A program made the position numbers and the translations under genes. Under the pieces are notes generated by a model. That model was not told the origin of the DNA. It worked only from the letters and a program-made list of their open reading frames with translations, and made no database searches. A DNA stretch of 64,000 nt from Octopus sinensis (taxonomy: Eukaryota): positions 53,196,001-53,260,000 of the forward strand of contig NC_042997.1 in NCBI RefSeq assembly GCF_006345805.1, read 5' to 3'. Of the stretch, positions 47,495 to 60,300 are shown piece by piece. How positions within the stretch are numbered: the stretch's first letter is position 1; each line of letters begins with the position of its first letter.

Positions 47495-47849
47495 TCAAAT
47501 CCCACTTGTCTAACACCCATGGACATGTTTACAAAGTCAGAAAACAGCACAGCTCCCATGACTTTCGGAAACATTTTTTCACGCTGAGAGTTGCTGAAGC
47601 ATGGAACAAACTGCCGGCATCAGTTGTTAGTTGTCGGAGCACTACATCCTTCAAAACTTCCATGCTTCCTGATATTCACCAACACTACGCCTGATTTTCT
47701 CCCCTCCATACACACACAAGCATGTATCTGACTCATACACTGTTCACTTTCCAGACATTTGTACATTACTGCATATGCTTTATACACACCTTTGACAAGT
47801 TGTGGTGCACCTGAGCACTGTATACAATAATTTCATTATTATTATTATT
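47495..47849 (+). mobile_element. CR1/L2-type LINE 3' end with 3' UTR and (ATT)n tail
   Basis: THGHVYKVRKQHSSHDFRKHFFTLRVAEAWNKLPASVVSCRSTTSFK; ends ttcattattattattatt. Confidence 0.85.
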
Positions 47850-48879
47850 TTATCCCTACTTTGATGTTCACCTTACCTCTTTGATATCCTCTCCTTTCCC
47901 TAACACATCTCTTTCTTCACTTCACTTGTCCTCACTTTCATTCACTGTACAATACTGCCTGCATAACTAAGGATGGTAGTAGATCCCCTACGCACTGTAC
48001 CATGCCATATGTATAATATAGCTGACATTTGATTTACCCATATCACTCTACTTCTCTTGACCATCTCAAAGCCAATGTATATGGGACTTTTTTTGTATCC
48101 AATACTACCATTACACTTTCTGTGCTGCTAGTCATTCCATCCTCTCCCATGAGCCACTTGGTATTGATAAACCAACACCATCTCTTCCAGTGTTTGTCTC
48201 TGTTACTATTTAGGTTCTCTCTTCCCCTCTGCATAATTTCCTTACCCTACAAATTTTGTTGCTACATCACACTTTAGCTCCCTCCACCCATCCATCCTGA
48301 CTCTTTTGCCATCACTCTCTTTTCTGTTCTCCCCTCTTGATTATATTGCCTTGAACAAATGGACGTTCCACAGAATAGTGAGGACTACAAGGCAACTTTA
48401 TAAGTGCTGGTGCTACTATAAAATGTATCCAGTATACTCTGTAAAGTGGTTGATGCGTGAGCTGAAACAATGCAAAGTGATGTCTTTAGTGATGTTGGTG
48501 ATAATGGTGGTACTCATGGTGAAGAGGCTGACAATATACCCATTAGTTTAGTGAACAACAACAATAAAGGGGTTTGTCCCTCATAAGTCTTTAGCAGTCA
48601 TGTCACTGGGCCTTCCCCTCTCTTCACTCTTAGTGATTGAATGACTGACAGATTGTTGGTTTGCTTGTTAGGTATTTATTTTGATATTAACAATATAAAA
48701 CTTCTCTCAGATACAGGGGTAGAATATTGAGTTAATGGTGAGGTTGAGGGGATCTTTTATAGTTTTACTGAGGAGATGGCTACTTCTCTAGCATTGGCAG
48801 GGGTGGGGTGGGGATCATCTATCTATCTGAGTGCCTGTCTATCTGCCTGTTTACCTACTTGCCTATCTGTCTATCCATC

Positions 48880-49100
48880 TCCTTGTTTAAGTTTAAAGTG
48901 GTGAATGCTGCCATAACACTTGCTTTCAGTTTATCTTTGATGTTTCAAGGAGTTTTGTTGGTCTCTTGCTCAACTACGCCCCACACATAATAATCAAGGG
49001 GTTGCAGTCTAGGGAGTTAGGTGGCCAGATGTTAGGGGTGATGTGGTCGCAGAAATTGTCTGACAACCATGACTGGGTTCTCCTGCTTGTGTGGCAAGAC
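48880..49100 (-). mobile_element. maT (DD37D) transposase fragment
   Basis: CHTSRRTQSWLSDNFCDHITPNIWPPNSLDCNP; close to 63520-63730. Confidence 0.85.
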
Positions 49101-50125
49101 CCCCAATATCTAAATGGTTCCTGGATGGTTATCTCCAGCGAATTCCAGATAAACCATCTACCCCCAAATATATCTCGATAAACAATAACTCTCTACTCAA
49201 ATGGACTATGATGCCTATAGAATGACTAATATGAAACATCTTTAAATGTCATTTCCAGGTGGTGCTATTAAGTTAGAAATGGCCTGGGCCAATGTTGGCC
49301 AAAACTTATCTAAGTATATTTAAATGCATGTACGTATAATGTGCTTCCACACAGTTTCCAGCAAACAAATTACTGGCCAATCACAAAGTATTGGTCAATC
49401 TGAGGATGAGATAGAGGTTGTTTGTCCAAGGTAATTTGCAGTGGGGTTGAATACAGAGCTATGTGGCTGCAAAGGGGATATCTTAACCACACAGAGTCGA
49501 TATCCAAATGAATATCACTACTAATGCTACATGATTACAGTAATTAAGTAAAAATAACTATTATGGACAACTTGGAATTATTGATATTAGGAGAACTATG
49601 GATGAATGCATAAAAATGTTCTCTGCCATACCTTACATCATTGTTGCTTGTTTTCGCATTTAAAAAACATGTTTATTTATGACTTACTCTACAGAGGAAG
49701 GGTAATACCCATGACACATGTCAAAGCCCATGAGACAGGTTGTGGTGGTAGTGGTGGTGGGAAGGAAGGTAGCTATACTCAAATAGAAAATCTGGCCTCA
49801 ATGTTTGCAACAATGTTTATCCTACTAAAGGTAATCAAGGGCCATGTGGTGGCATTAAACCAGGCGACAGGTTAAGTCTACTACTTGATTTGGTTTTATG
49901 TTAATGCATTCATCATGCTTAAACAACTCGCTCATGTAGGATTGTATATCTTTCAAATCTCTGATATTCTACTACGTTGCAGGTTGATTCTGAGATTGCT
50001 ACCAATTCTTAGCTACCTACCTGGGGATTAATTTCTAGTGTCTCAGTCAAGCAAACAATTGTGAACATCAAGATGCATATCTGTTAGGTTTCATACTTTC
50101 TGTGTTGTCATTACACTCACACCCC

Positions 50126-50127
<2 letters not shown>

Positions 50128-50167
<40 letters not shown>

Positions 50168-50385
50168 CATTATTATTGTTGTTGTTATTATCATTATGTA
50201 TGCATTACAAAATTCTTAGCGGCATTTCATGTCTTTATATTCTGAGTTCAAATTCTGCTATGGATGACTTTGCCATTCATCCTTTCGAGGTCGATAAAAT
50301 GAGTATCAGTTGAGCACTGGCGTTGATGTAACTGACTTGCTCCCTCTCCCAAATTTCAGCTCTTGTGCCTATAGTAGAAAGGATT
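50128..50385 (+). mobile_element. (ATT)n microsatellite followed by SINE family B (alternative tail, about 50205-50385)
   Basis: ttctgagttcaaattc...catcctttcgaggtcgataaa...ccaaatttcagctcttgtgcctatagtagaaaggattatt. Confidence 0.75.
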
Positions 50386-50689
50386 ATTTTATATATACAT
50401 ATCATATAAAGTAATGTGAATTAAGGTGCATGAAAATAAATCAAGGCATATCTATTAAAATGTATTAAATCCAAAACTTGTATCATATTTTCAGCATTGA
50501 TAAGCATTTATTATGATGTCTAATGTTTGATATAAAAGTTATATCATATTGTAATAAATAAACCGATTAATGATGCTTGTATTATTCATTCACAAGGATC
50601 ATACAATCTGCTTTACACTCTGAGCTTCTTCTACTTCATTCTAGCTATAATGCATTCAGAATACTTACCCCAACTAATTTGGTAACCAA

Positions 50690-51890
50690 GGCAACAAAAG
50701 CTATCAACAGCTTGGGAGCCTTCTGGGCATTTCAAGGAACCTATTTTGCTTTTTAGTGTTGACTGATCTTATACATCTACCACATACAAAGTCAACCAGT
50801 AATCCTGCCTGTAATCCCATACACCTCATGTGTGTCCATGGATTACACTGGATTAACTGTATGGAATCTCTACAATTCTTTTACTATGAAACAGGTATAA
50901 CTATTTTCCTGATAGTATCTTCTTCCTTACTTTCTAAAGCTTTATTCTTTGCTAAGTTTGTTTTTTAAGGACAATTACTTTCAGATTTTATCATAGATAA
51001 ATTATAGATCTATTCTGTTGATTACAGTGTGTTATCTCATAGAAACTCCCATTGTTAACTATGTTATAAGTCTCTATTTCCTTCTTCTGTCTTAGGCATC
51101 ACTTCTCTGTAACTACATCTATTTAAGGAGTTTTTCAGCATCCTAACTAGATTGTCTTGAATCTCTGAATTCATTTAACTTTTATCTCAAGGTTGCTGGT
51201 CACTAGCCTAGATTGGATGGTATATTCTTCAACAGACAAAGACTTAATATTTACAACCAATCCTTGCCTCACTTCCTGGTGAGTATGTAATTTATTTGGT
51301 TTATGTCCACCTGAGTGGTAGGGGATTAAGTGGCTGGCCATTGTTGCAGAAGTTAGTGTTGGAAATGGTTAAGTTACTTGTGTCACAAAACTTTAGAAGC
51401 CTTGATCCTTCATCATTTCTCCAACCATATCATAGTCTCCAGTTATGCCTTAAAGGCCATCATAGTGTTGTCCAACAGGTCTGTTACTGTCTCCTGCTGT
51501 AATAATGAGGTCACTGTCATTTGTTATGGTAATTTGCAAGAGAGACTCATAAAAGCAATTCTGCCATGATTGTGGTACATATGTAGATCTATATGTTGCC
51601 ATCATGTAATCCAAAATTAACATAAGCTTAATAATATCATTACATACTCTGACAACATCAATTATATTATCTACCATTCTGTCTGCCAACTGTATTGTTG
51701 CTGATGACCAAGAAGAGTTTGTACATGTTTCCCTTTCCCATAAGGGATCTGGCTGAGGCTCCTCTTCATCTTACATCTTGTAGACAACACATCTACTTGC
51801 TTCTCCTCCAGTATCTCTACACTCCTTTCACACCATCTTTCATTGCATTGATGTCCATGGTGTCAATCCTAAAATTTAAGACATGAAAAG
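50690..51890 (-). mobile_element. Very degenerate RTE remnants
   Basis: The Cys-rich segment at about 50780-50880 is homologous to 3880-3960; the rest gives only weak similarity. Confidence 0.35.
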
Positions 51891-52159
51891 GTAAAGTTTC
51901 TGGTTGTGGGAAGGTAGGTTGATGTTTATTTTTTGCATCCAAAAGGAAGAGAGTTTGTTTGATAGTAGTCAGTAGGATCTGACACAAGGCTTGATGTTTC
52001 TATGTATTGAATTATTGCAGATATTAATGACAGTAACTTATCAGAGCAGGATGCAAGTGAGAAGATGCTCAGCCAGGTGTACCAATACGCCTCCGTTTGT
52101 AACAAGAAAGACTACACTTTGATAATGGTAGAAAAATTTGAGTTTCATGCATTGCACTT

Positions 52160-52540
52160 ATCACACACACACACAAACATGCCTGCATGCATGCACACAT
52201 GCATACAAACACACACACATATTTGTTTGTATGTATGTATGTATGTATGTATGTATGTATGTATGTATGTATGTATGTATGTATGTAGGCATGTATGTAT
52301 GTATGTAGGCATGTATATGCATGTGTGTATATAAGTGTGTGTAAGTGTATGCATGTATGTACATATGTGTATGTGTGTGTGTATATATATGTATATACCA
52401 GCATATATATTTATGTATATGTTATATATATACACGCACACACACATAGTTACATGCACATACATATATGTATGTGTATGATTGTTCATGTGTGTACACA
52501 TAAATTATATACATTCATATGTGTATGTTTTTTTATGTAA
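52160..52540. repeat. Compound (CA)/(TATG)/(TA) microsatellite
   Basis: Directly visible. Confidence 0.9.
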
Positions 52541-53149
52541 GAATATATATAATTAGTTACTACTGTAACTAATTAAATATATCTAAGTTATTTAATTAGT
52601 TACAGTAATTAAGTATATAAATATATTTAGTTAGTTAACTCTGCAATATGTTTTCTGGGCATATTTACCTGAGGGCATTCACTCGTCCCTCATCATCATC
52701 TTATTTCTCCCACACTGCACTCACCCATATATAATGTTGTGGGGTAAGACTGTATCAACTACTTAACCATTCACCTCCCTCCTACTGCCATTATCACACT
52801 AACTCTCACTATTCTTCTGACACTACTTTTCTCTTTCCCTCCTGTTACCCACTTCCATTTTACCTTTCCTTCACATACCACATATCCACCATTGTATGAT
52901 GTGAAGTAGCTCTGTGTTTTCTCCTACTCAATCCTCTCCACCATCATATCATTCTCTAACTCTTTTTTCATTAACACCTGACATTAGTTTTCACTTTCTC
53001 TCCTATTGTCCTCTTCCCTAACACTTTCTCTGTCAGTCTCTCCCCTATCATCCTTCAAGGTGGGAACAAAGTGGTAATTGTAATGAGGTAGGATGAGTAG
53101 GTAGACCCAATGGTGTTTGGGGTGGATCTATCTCTTTGCCATATCTTAA

Positions 53150-53370
53150 CCCTTTAGTTACTGTATTTATTTTGAGATGCTCTGTGTTTCTTTCAATTGA
53201 TTTTAAATATAACAAAAAATTAAGTAAAATAACTTAGTTATCATTAAGCTAGTGTTAGGAACATAAATTGTGACTAAGTTTTGGTGGAAGATTTTAATTC
53301 AAAACTTATGAAAACAAGACATTTGTACTCAGCGCCGGAGCCGGTTTCAGCCGGGTTAGTAACAAAAGGG
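53150..53370. mobile_element. piggyBac-type MITE, second family, 221 bp
   Basis: TTAA-CCCTTTAGTTAC...GTAACAAAAGGG-TTAA (11/12 TIR match). Confidence 0.88.
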
Positions 53371-53639
53371 TTAATGTATTGGACAGTTCATAGTTAACCA
53401 AGACAGCTCCTATCCTCAATCTTCATTACTCTCACTCTAACACTGCCCTTTCTGTTGTTCTCTTCCTTACCATCCTCTCACAATAACCTTTTCCCTCCAT
53501 CATGGGGACTTGCTTTCATTTTACATGCAGCAAGGTGACCCCAACATTGCTGGTCCAAAAAGCAATTAGAACATTCTGTAAGTGATTGATAACTCATTTG
53601 AGCAGCAATAATGCAGGGCTTGAGAGGGATATTTGCTCT

Positions 53640-53862
53640 TGATGTTGGCAAGGTGACATCTATAGTGCTGGTGTCATGAAAAAAAATACACCCAGTAACA
53701 CCAACCACTTTACTCTGTAAAGTGGTTGGTGTTAGGAAGGACAACCAACTGTAGAAACCATGCCAAAAATGGGACACTGGAGCAAGACATGGTCCTCCAG
53801 TGATTTAAATCTTATTAAACCATGCTACTATGGAAAATGGGCTTAAAATAATGATGGTGACA
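53640..53862 (+). mobile_element. RTE 3' tail
   Basis: actctgtaaagtggttggtgttaggaagg...tggaaaatgggcttaaaataatgatg. Confidence 0.7.
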
Positions 53863-53869
53863 ATGATAT

Positions 53870-53913
53870 GTACACATGCACATACATGTATACATCATAC
53901 ATACACACACATA

Positions 53914-53952
<39 letters not shown>

Positions 53953-54216
53953 TGTGTATGTATGTATGTATAAACATATATATGTGTTTGAATATATGTA
54001 TATACATATATACATAGATATATATATATATATACACATACATACATATATATATATATATATACATTAATATATACACATACATACTTATATAAATGCA
54101 AAACTACAATAGATATGTGGTCTTCTGACCCATGTAGGCGCACAGTAACTTCAAATAAGAAGTAACTTGCATGAAAAGCAGGCATTAAAGAATGAGGATA
54201 ATGAGGACGATGATGC

Positions 54217-54294
<78 letters not shown>

Positions 54295-54297
54295 ACA
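53870..54297. repeat. (TG)/(TA) and (CA)n microsatellites
   Basis: Directly visible; long (CA)n at about 54219-54297. Confidence 0.9.
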
Positions 54298-54589
54298 AAG
54301 AAAGTAATCAATTTTGTCTGTAATCTTTAGCATTCTGAGACTAATATCTTCTGTAATATACTTCATCTCATCTTTAATACCAGTATATTTAGAAACAGTG
54401 AAACAAGAGACTGTTGAGCTATATTACATGTTGTTGTCGACCAGTAGATGAGATAGTATGCAGTGTGTACTATCAGCTGCCTTGCATATGTTTGTTAAGT
54501 ATTCAGTAGCCATAAACCACTTTCAAGCAGCAATCCATTTATTTAGTTAGCAGTCTTCTTTTGTAAATGATTCTGTATCTTGTAAATGA

Positions 54590-55075
54590 TTCAAGAAGAC
54601 AGATTCTATACAGATTCTCATATTTCAACAATGTGCTTGCTATTTTACATATCATTGTTGTAATATCAAAGTTTACAGCAATAACAACACCCGCATTATG
54701 TATTAATAAAATTAAGTATTGTACATATTACAATATATTCCTCCATGAAAACAGAGTCTATGAAGGTTCTCATATTTCAACACAGTTCATTATTTAACAA
54801 ACCTTTATTTTGATAACAAAGTTTACATTTATGTGTCAGAAGCAAAATCAACATCCACATTATGTATTTACTAATTACATATACATACAACCATACTGCA
54901 GTATATTCCTCCAAGAAAACAAATTCTAAGAAGATTCTTATCTTTCAACATTTTGTACACATATCTTTGTTTTGTTAATAAAATTTACAGTAATAGGTCA
55001 AAGCAAAGTCAACAAGACATGATATATTAATTAATTGTATATTGTGTACATTTCAATATATTTACAATGTACACA
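54590..55075 (+). repeat. Diverged ~150-170-bp tandem repeat, about 3 units
   Basis: TTCT(C/T)AT(A/C)TTTCAACA anchors at 54615, 54767 and 54935; shared AAAGTTTACA, CATTATGTATT and TATATTCCTCCA.GAAAACA motifs. Confidence 0.75.
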
Positions 55076-55679
55076 TTGCAAATTATACATGTTAGTTATT
55101 TTGCATATCAGGTTTCATGTCTGTGTTATAACTGCAAAAGATCTGATGAGATTTTATATTCGATGAAAGAAAATCTGTATTGTAGATAATGAAGAAGTTT
55201 ATGATAAACAGACTAATATGTAAAAGAACTGAAGATAACAATATGTAAGAAACAAATGTAATACTATACAGGATGTTACAGATAATGCATAATTGATAAT
55301 AGTATATTATAAATATCAGGATGGCTACTGTCAAATGACTAAAACTGGTAAAATAATAAAATCATAGAAAAAAAAAACATGTGTAAGAAAGCACCTGGTT
55401 GGAGATATTTAATAAATATTTAATAACAATCTATATGTGATATCTGAAGTGTACTTGCCAGGCAAATGAGCTGATCCATGACTGTGTGTTGAAACTAAAA
55501 TACATATGTACATGGAAGGCATACATGAAAGAAACAAAAATTTTAACACCAAATAATGTTTAAGTGAAGTTAACAGTCTTGAATGGTTAACAATATACAA
55601 CAGGTTGCAGTGATCAATATGTAACATGAAGCAGAACGTGCTACACAATAAGCATTACAACCCAAGATGTAATATATTA

Positions 55680-56594
55680 CAGGATGTCCATGATAGATTC
55701 AAAGATTTGTTATGTCTCCTTTTTTCAGCTTGATGTATTGGTGAACTGTCAATGGTATTGGAGAACATAAAGATTAAAGTTGTAGTTGAGAAAAAATTAA
55801 GCTGACATGGAGGGTTGGAAGCCAGCTGAAACATTGGAAAAGAGTAACCTGTATCATGATGATTTGAGCTGGGTATCAAAATGCCGACATCATGACTGCT
55901 GCTCCATGATTTGTGAACACTGTAAAGACACTGTAAGATGTAACATGGGCAGGTGCAACAGAGACTATGAAGATATGGCCAGTAGGAACCGTTATGGTTT
56001 TTAGGTGTGTCTCCAGTGAGGGCGACGTTATGTCAGCCCTGTTCAAAGCCCCACATCTTTGAACAGGGCTGAAGGCTAATTCAGACAACTATGTAACTCT
56101 GCTGGAGACTATGGTCAAACCCTGGCTAGAGAGGATTGTTGCTGGAAGGCCATATGTGTGGCTGCAGGATTCGACTCCTTGCGATACCTCTGTAAAGAAT
56201 CAGAAGTGGTTGTCAAAGAACGTCTATGACATCACCAGCAATAATTTCTGACCTCTTAATTCCCCCAATTATAGTATCCTGGATTATTATGTGTGGGGTG
56301 TGGTTGAGAAAGACACCAATTACTCTGCCTGCAACACTAAGGCTGAGCTGGTGGCCAAGAACAAGGAGGTGTTCAAAGAGACTCAGTAAAGCATGCAGCC
56401 ACCGAGTTCAAGAACTGTCTTGAGGTCATGGTGGAAGCTGAGGGTAGCTACCCAGAGAAAATTATCTCCCAGTCATAATCTAGTTGATTTTTTTTTCATT
56501 TTTTAAAAATACTTTTATTTTTAAATAGGATCAAAGGGATTTTGTGTTTTCTTTTCTTTTAATGCAAACTGTCCAATTTAGCCTGAATGCCCTG
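55680..56594 (+). mobile_element. Internally deleted maT (DD37D) element with degenerate CAGG- TIRs
   Basis: VMVFRCVSSEGDVM, GRPYVWLQDSTPC-(37 aa)-LDYYVWGVVE; left TIR TA-CAGGATGTCCATGATAGATT versus right TIR reverse complement CAGGGCATTCAGGCTAAATT (13/20). Confidence 0.8.
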
Positions 56595-56692
56595 AGTATA
56601 TAACAAAATTTCATAATAAAAAGCAGAGAACAATATGCAATAACCAACGGATAACATTTTTAATATAAATACATAATAATATATAATATACA

Positions 56693-56910
56693 TAAGGTGG
56701 TGACCTGGCAGAATCGTTAGCATGCTGAGCAAAATGCTTAGGGGCATTATGTCTGTTTCGTGTTCTGGGTTCAAATTCCACCAAGTTTGATTTTGCTTTT
56801 CATCCTTTCAGGGTTGATAAAATAAGTACCAGCTGAGAACTGTGATCAATATAATCAACAAGCCATCTCCCCTAAAACTGATGGACTTGTTCCAAAATTT
56901 GAAACCAATA
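56693..56910 (+). mobile_element. SINE family B (alternative tail)
   Basis: aaggtggtgacctggcagaatcgttagc head; ttgttccaaaatttgaaacc tail. Confidence 0.8.
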
Positions 56911-58068
56911 TGTAATGCATATATGAGAACATCTGGTAATAAGCAGCTTAGAACAATATAGATATTTATATAGAAAGACCTATGTTTTCCTCTTTTTCTG
57001 ATTGAATCCCCTGGATTTGACATGTGTAAAAGTGCTTGACTGCTACTCATTATCTTCTGAATTCATGATTTGCAGGGTATAAATTGCTTTAGGTAATCTA
57101 AATAACTCTGAAGGGACTTGAAATTGCATATAATGCTGATTTGTTACATAGGCAAATAAGTCACAAACTTTTGAGGAAGAGTACAATTGATTTTATCAAA
57201 CCTCCATGTTTAACTGCTACTTATGTTAGTGACTTCTAGAAGGTTAAAAGGCAAAACTGAAACTGATAGCATTCAAACTCAGAACATAAAGGTACATAAA
57301 TAAATACCAGCAGCAATATAACATTAGAAGAAAAGGAAATGATTTTCAAATATCGAAACTTACCTTTGGCATTTAATTTTGACCATGAATCATGTATAGT
57401 ACATATCAGCCAACATGTACATTGACTTGGCAGGTAACATTAATCAAGAAATTCTTTTCTTGAATAGGTATAATACCATTATATCTACTCAAAGAAATTC
57501 CATTATATCTCTTGAAAGCAAGAAAACATTTGGCCATGAGCACATTCCTGAAAAGTGACTGAACCATGATGAAGTTCAGACTCTTAGTAATTCTCAATTA
57601 TTTTTGGTCTATACACCTAGCAAAATTAATTTAAGTTCCTGAGATCTTTTCTCACTTTCAAAATAAATCTTAACAAATCCCATTCTCTTGACTATTCTGT
57701 CAGTCAGACTCATTTTTATTTCTGTAGTCAATAAATATATAATTTCTCTCTTGAATTTTCATTTCCTATGACCACAAAATATCTTCCTAAAATCCTTCTC
57801 CAAATATAGTGTTAAAAAATTCATTCTTCATACTCTAGAATTGCTAGAGCATCAGATGAAATGACTTGCAGTATTTATTGTGGAAGTGAAGTAAAAGGCA
57901 GGTTTCTGTGAAGCCATGCTATAAGTGGCTGTCAGTCCAAAGTAGTTGAAAACTAATAAGCAGAATGTACAACGGAAAAAAAATCAAGCACATTCATGTA
58001 TGTTTACCTATCTATCAATAAATGTATGTATGTATCTGTCTATATATGATCTCACTACACTTTACAAT

Positions 58069-58389
58069 GTGGAGGTGCAATGGCCCAGTGGTTAGGGTAG
58101 CGGACTCGCGGTCGGAGGATCGTGGTTTCAATTCCCAGACCGGATGTTGTGTGTGTTTATTGAGCGAAAACACCTAAAGCTCCACGAGGCTCCGACAAGG
58201 GGGTGGTGGCGACCCCTGTTGTACTCTTATGCTCCAACTTTCTCTCAATCTTTCTTCCTGTTTCTTGAGTAATGCTGCAATGGACTGGCATCCTGTCCAG
58301 CTGGTGGGGGGGGGGACACACATACGCCACAGAAACCGGGAATCTGGGCCCATGAGTCTGGCTAGGCTTGAAAAGGGCGAAAAAAAACC
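58069..58389 (+). mobile_element. tRNA-derived SINE family F with an alternative middle segment; 11-bp TSD
   Basis: GGAGGTGCAATGGCCCAGTGGTTAGG head; TSD CACTTTACAAT at 58058-58068 and 58390-58400. Confidence 0.88.
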
Positions 58390-59322
58390 CACTTTACAAT
58401 AGAATATACTTTGGCAATTTACATTTTTAATTGCTTGATTTTCCATACTCATTTCTGTATAGCAGTTTTTTTTTTTTATATTTTCCATTTTCAAAGTTGT
58501 ATATTTTTTAGTCCTTCATATTTCTAAAGCTTCTTAAGGCACTCACCATTACTGTTCTTCAACTTCTATAGTTTTTTGTGGAATTTACCTTTGCAATTTC
58601 TAACTACCCATGGGAAACAACCTATTTCTAACACTATTTCTATGTTAAAAGTTATACTCTTTAGAACTTCTTGCAACCAAAATAGAATACCTAAATATCT
58701 ATGCAATAACAGCTCATATGTCACCAAGAATTTGGAAACTGAATTTGTCTTCTGACTATTGCTTTGCTTAAGCTGAGCAGGAAACTTGAAGGAACAATTT
58801 GTTAATCTGAATTGCCTATATCATTATCTGTGTGTGTGTGTGTTTGTGTGCATGTGTGCGCATGCGTGTGTATGTGTGTGCATGTGTGCATGTGTGTGTT
58901 AGACATTAACTGAATCTGTATAATACTGTTTACTAATGAGCTGCAAGACAGACTCTTTTTGCTTAGTTGATGCTTAGCAGTTTTTACAACTGTTGCATAA
59001 ATGTCTTTTCAGTTAAATGCAATGTAGAGTCTTGACAGTTGTCATTTTATTCAGATGTATGTATCTTCTGACAGTCAGTAGAAAGATACTGCATCACAAT
59101 TGGCAGCTATTTATTCTTTTAGTTGGTGACAATCTATTAACTTACATTGGTTCCTTCTTTGACCATGAGAGGCTAACAAGACTAGCCTTAGAAAAACAAA
59201 CTTGACTACAAGTTAAACTTTTGATTGGATGATTTATATCAATTAGGTTTCCTCTCTGTGCATCTCATTTGAATTTTGCATATTTTATATGATTCTTTTC
59301 AAAATACTTAGATGCACTGAGT

Positions 59323-59576
59323 GGAGGCATGTGGCTTAGTGGTTAGGGTGTCACTATCATGATTGTAAGATTGTCGTTTCGATTCCTTGACCGGGCGACG
59401 TGTTGTGTTCTTGAGCAAAACACTTCATTTCACATTGCTCCAGTCCACTCAGCTGGCAAAAATGAGTAACGCTGCGATAGACTGGCGTCCTGTCCAGCTG
59501 GGGAACACATACGCCATTGAAACTGGGAAACCGGGCCCATGAGCCTGGCTAGGCTTTAAAAGGGTGCATTTATTTA
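59323..59576 (+). mobile_element. tRNA-derived SINE family F; 15-bp TSD
   Basis: GGAGGCATGTGGCTTAGTGGTTAGG head, GTTTCGATTCC B box; TSD TTAGATGCACTGAGT at 59308-59322 and 59577-59591. Confidence 0.92.
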
Positions 59577-60007
59577 TTAGATGCACTGAGTATATTTTTC
59601 TTCATTGACTCACTATCAATTGAATTTTTTCCCCAAATTTCCATATGAATATTTACTTGTGTTTCAGATCATAATTTCAGCAATCTTTGTATCCTAAGTT
59701 TGATTTGCAAGGGAGTCTTTTACTTAAACTTTGTTCTTTCTACAGGTGATGTTCTTGAATTCTTCTATCTTCTATTTTTCATGTGGACTATATGGGTTTC
59801 TCATCTCAGTCTACTACATTGCAAGAGAATTTCCATGCTTGCATTGGCTATCTTCAATATTTCCAAGACTTTCAACATCAGTTACATAGTCTGTCTGTTT
59901 TGCTAAAAATAAAATAAAAATACTGCTTAACATATTTTGAATATAATGACCATGTTTTACTGGCATACACAAAACAGGCAAAATGCATGGTTTTGAAAAT
60001 CGATACA

Positions 60008-60300
60008 GGTGCTGGTATAGCTGTGTGGTTAAGAAGCTCTTTGTAACCATGTGGTTTTAGGTTCAGTCCCACTGTATAGCATGTGCGTTCTTGTGTTTGT
60101 GTTTGTCCCACACACTGCTTGAAAACTGGTGTTGGTTTGTTTACATCCCCATTACTTAGCAGTTTGGCAGAAAATACTGGTAGGATAAGTACCAGATTTA
60201 AAAGAAAAGTACTTAGGTTAATTTGTTCAACAAAACAATTCAGGTCAGTTCCCCAGGATGGCTGCAATTCTATGACAGAAACAAGTAAAAGATAAAAGAT
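60008..60300 (+). mobile_element. SINE family A, degenerate with an internal deletion
   Basis: gctgtgtggttaagaagc head; tail gaaacaagtaaaagataaaaga. Confidence 0.75.

Noticed and set aside
55144-55169. CTGATGA...GAAA hammerhead-like spacing
   Set aside because: No stem II pairing between the motifs and no stems I or III.
57364-57450. Possible minus-strand exon ending AAAG|GTAAGT (and another at about 58548-58770 ending ATG|GTGAGT)
   Set aside because: Good donors, but the open frames are short, resemble no protein I recognise, and have no partner exons.
58071-59400. tRNA genes at 58071 and 59323 (and heads of families A and B)
   Set aside because: A and B boxes are present, but there is no proper cloverleaf acceptor stem; each continues into a SINE body and tail and is flanked by TSDs.
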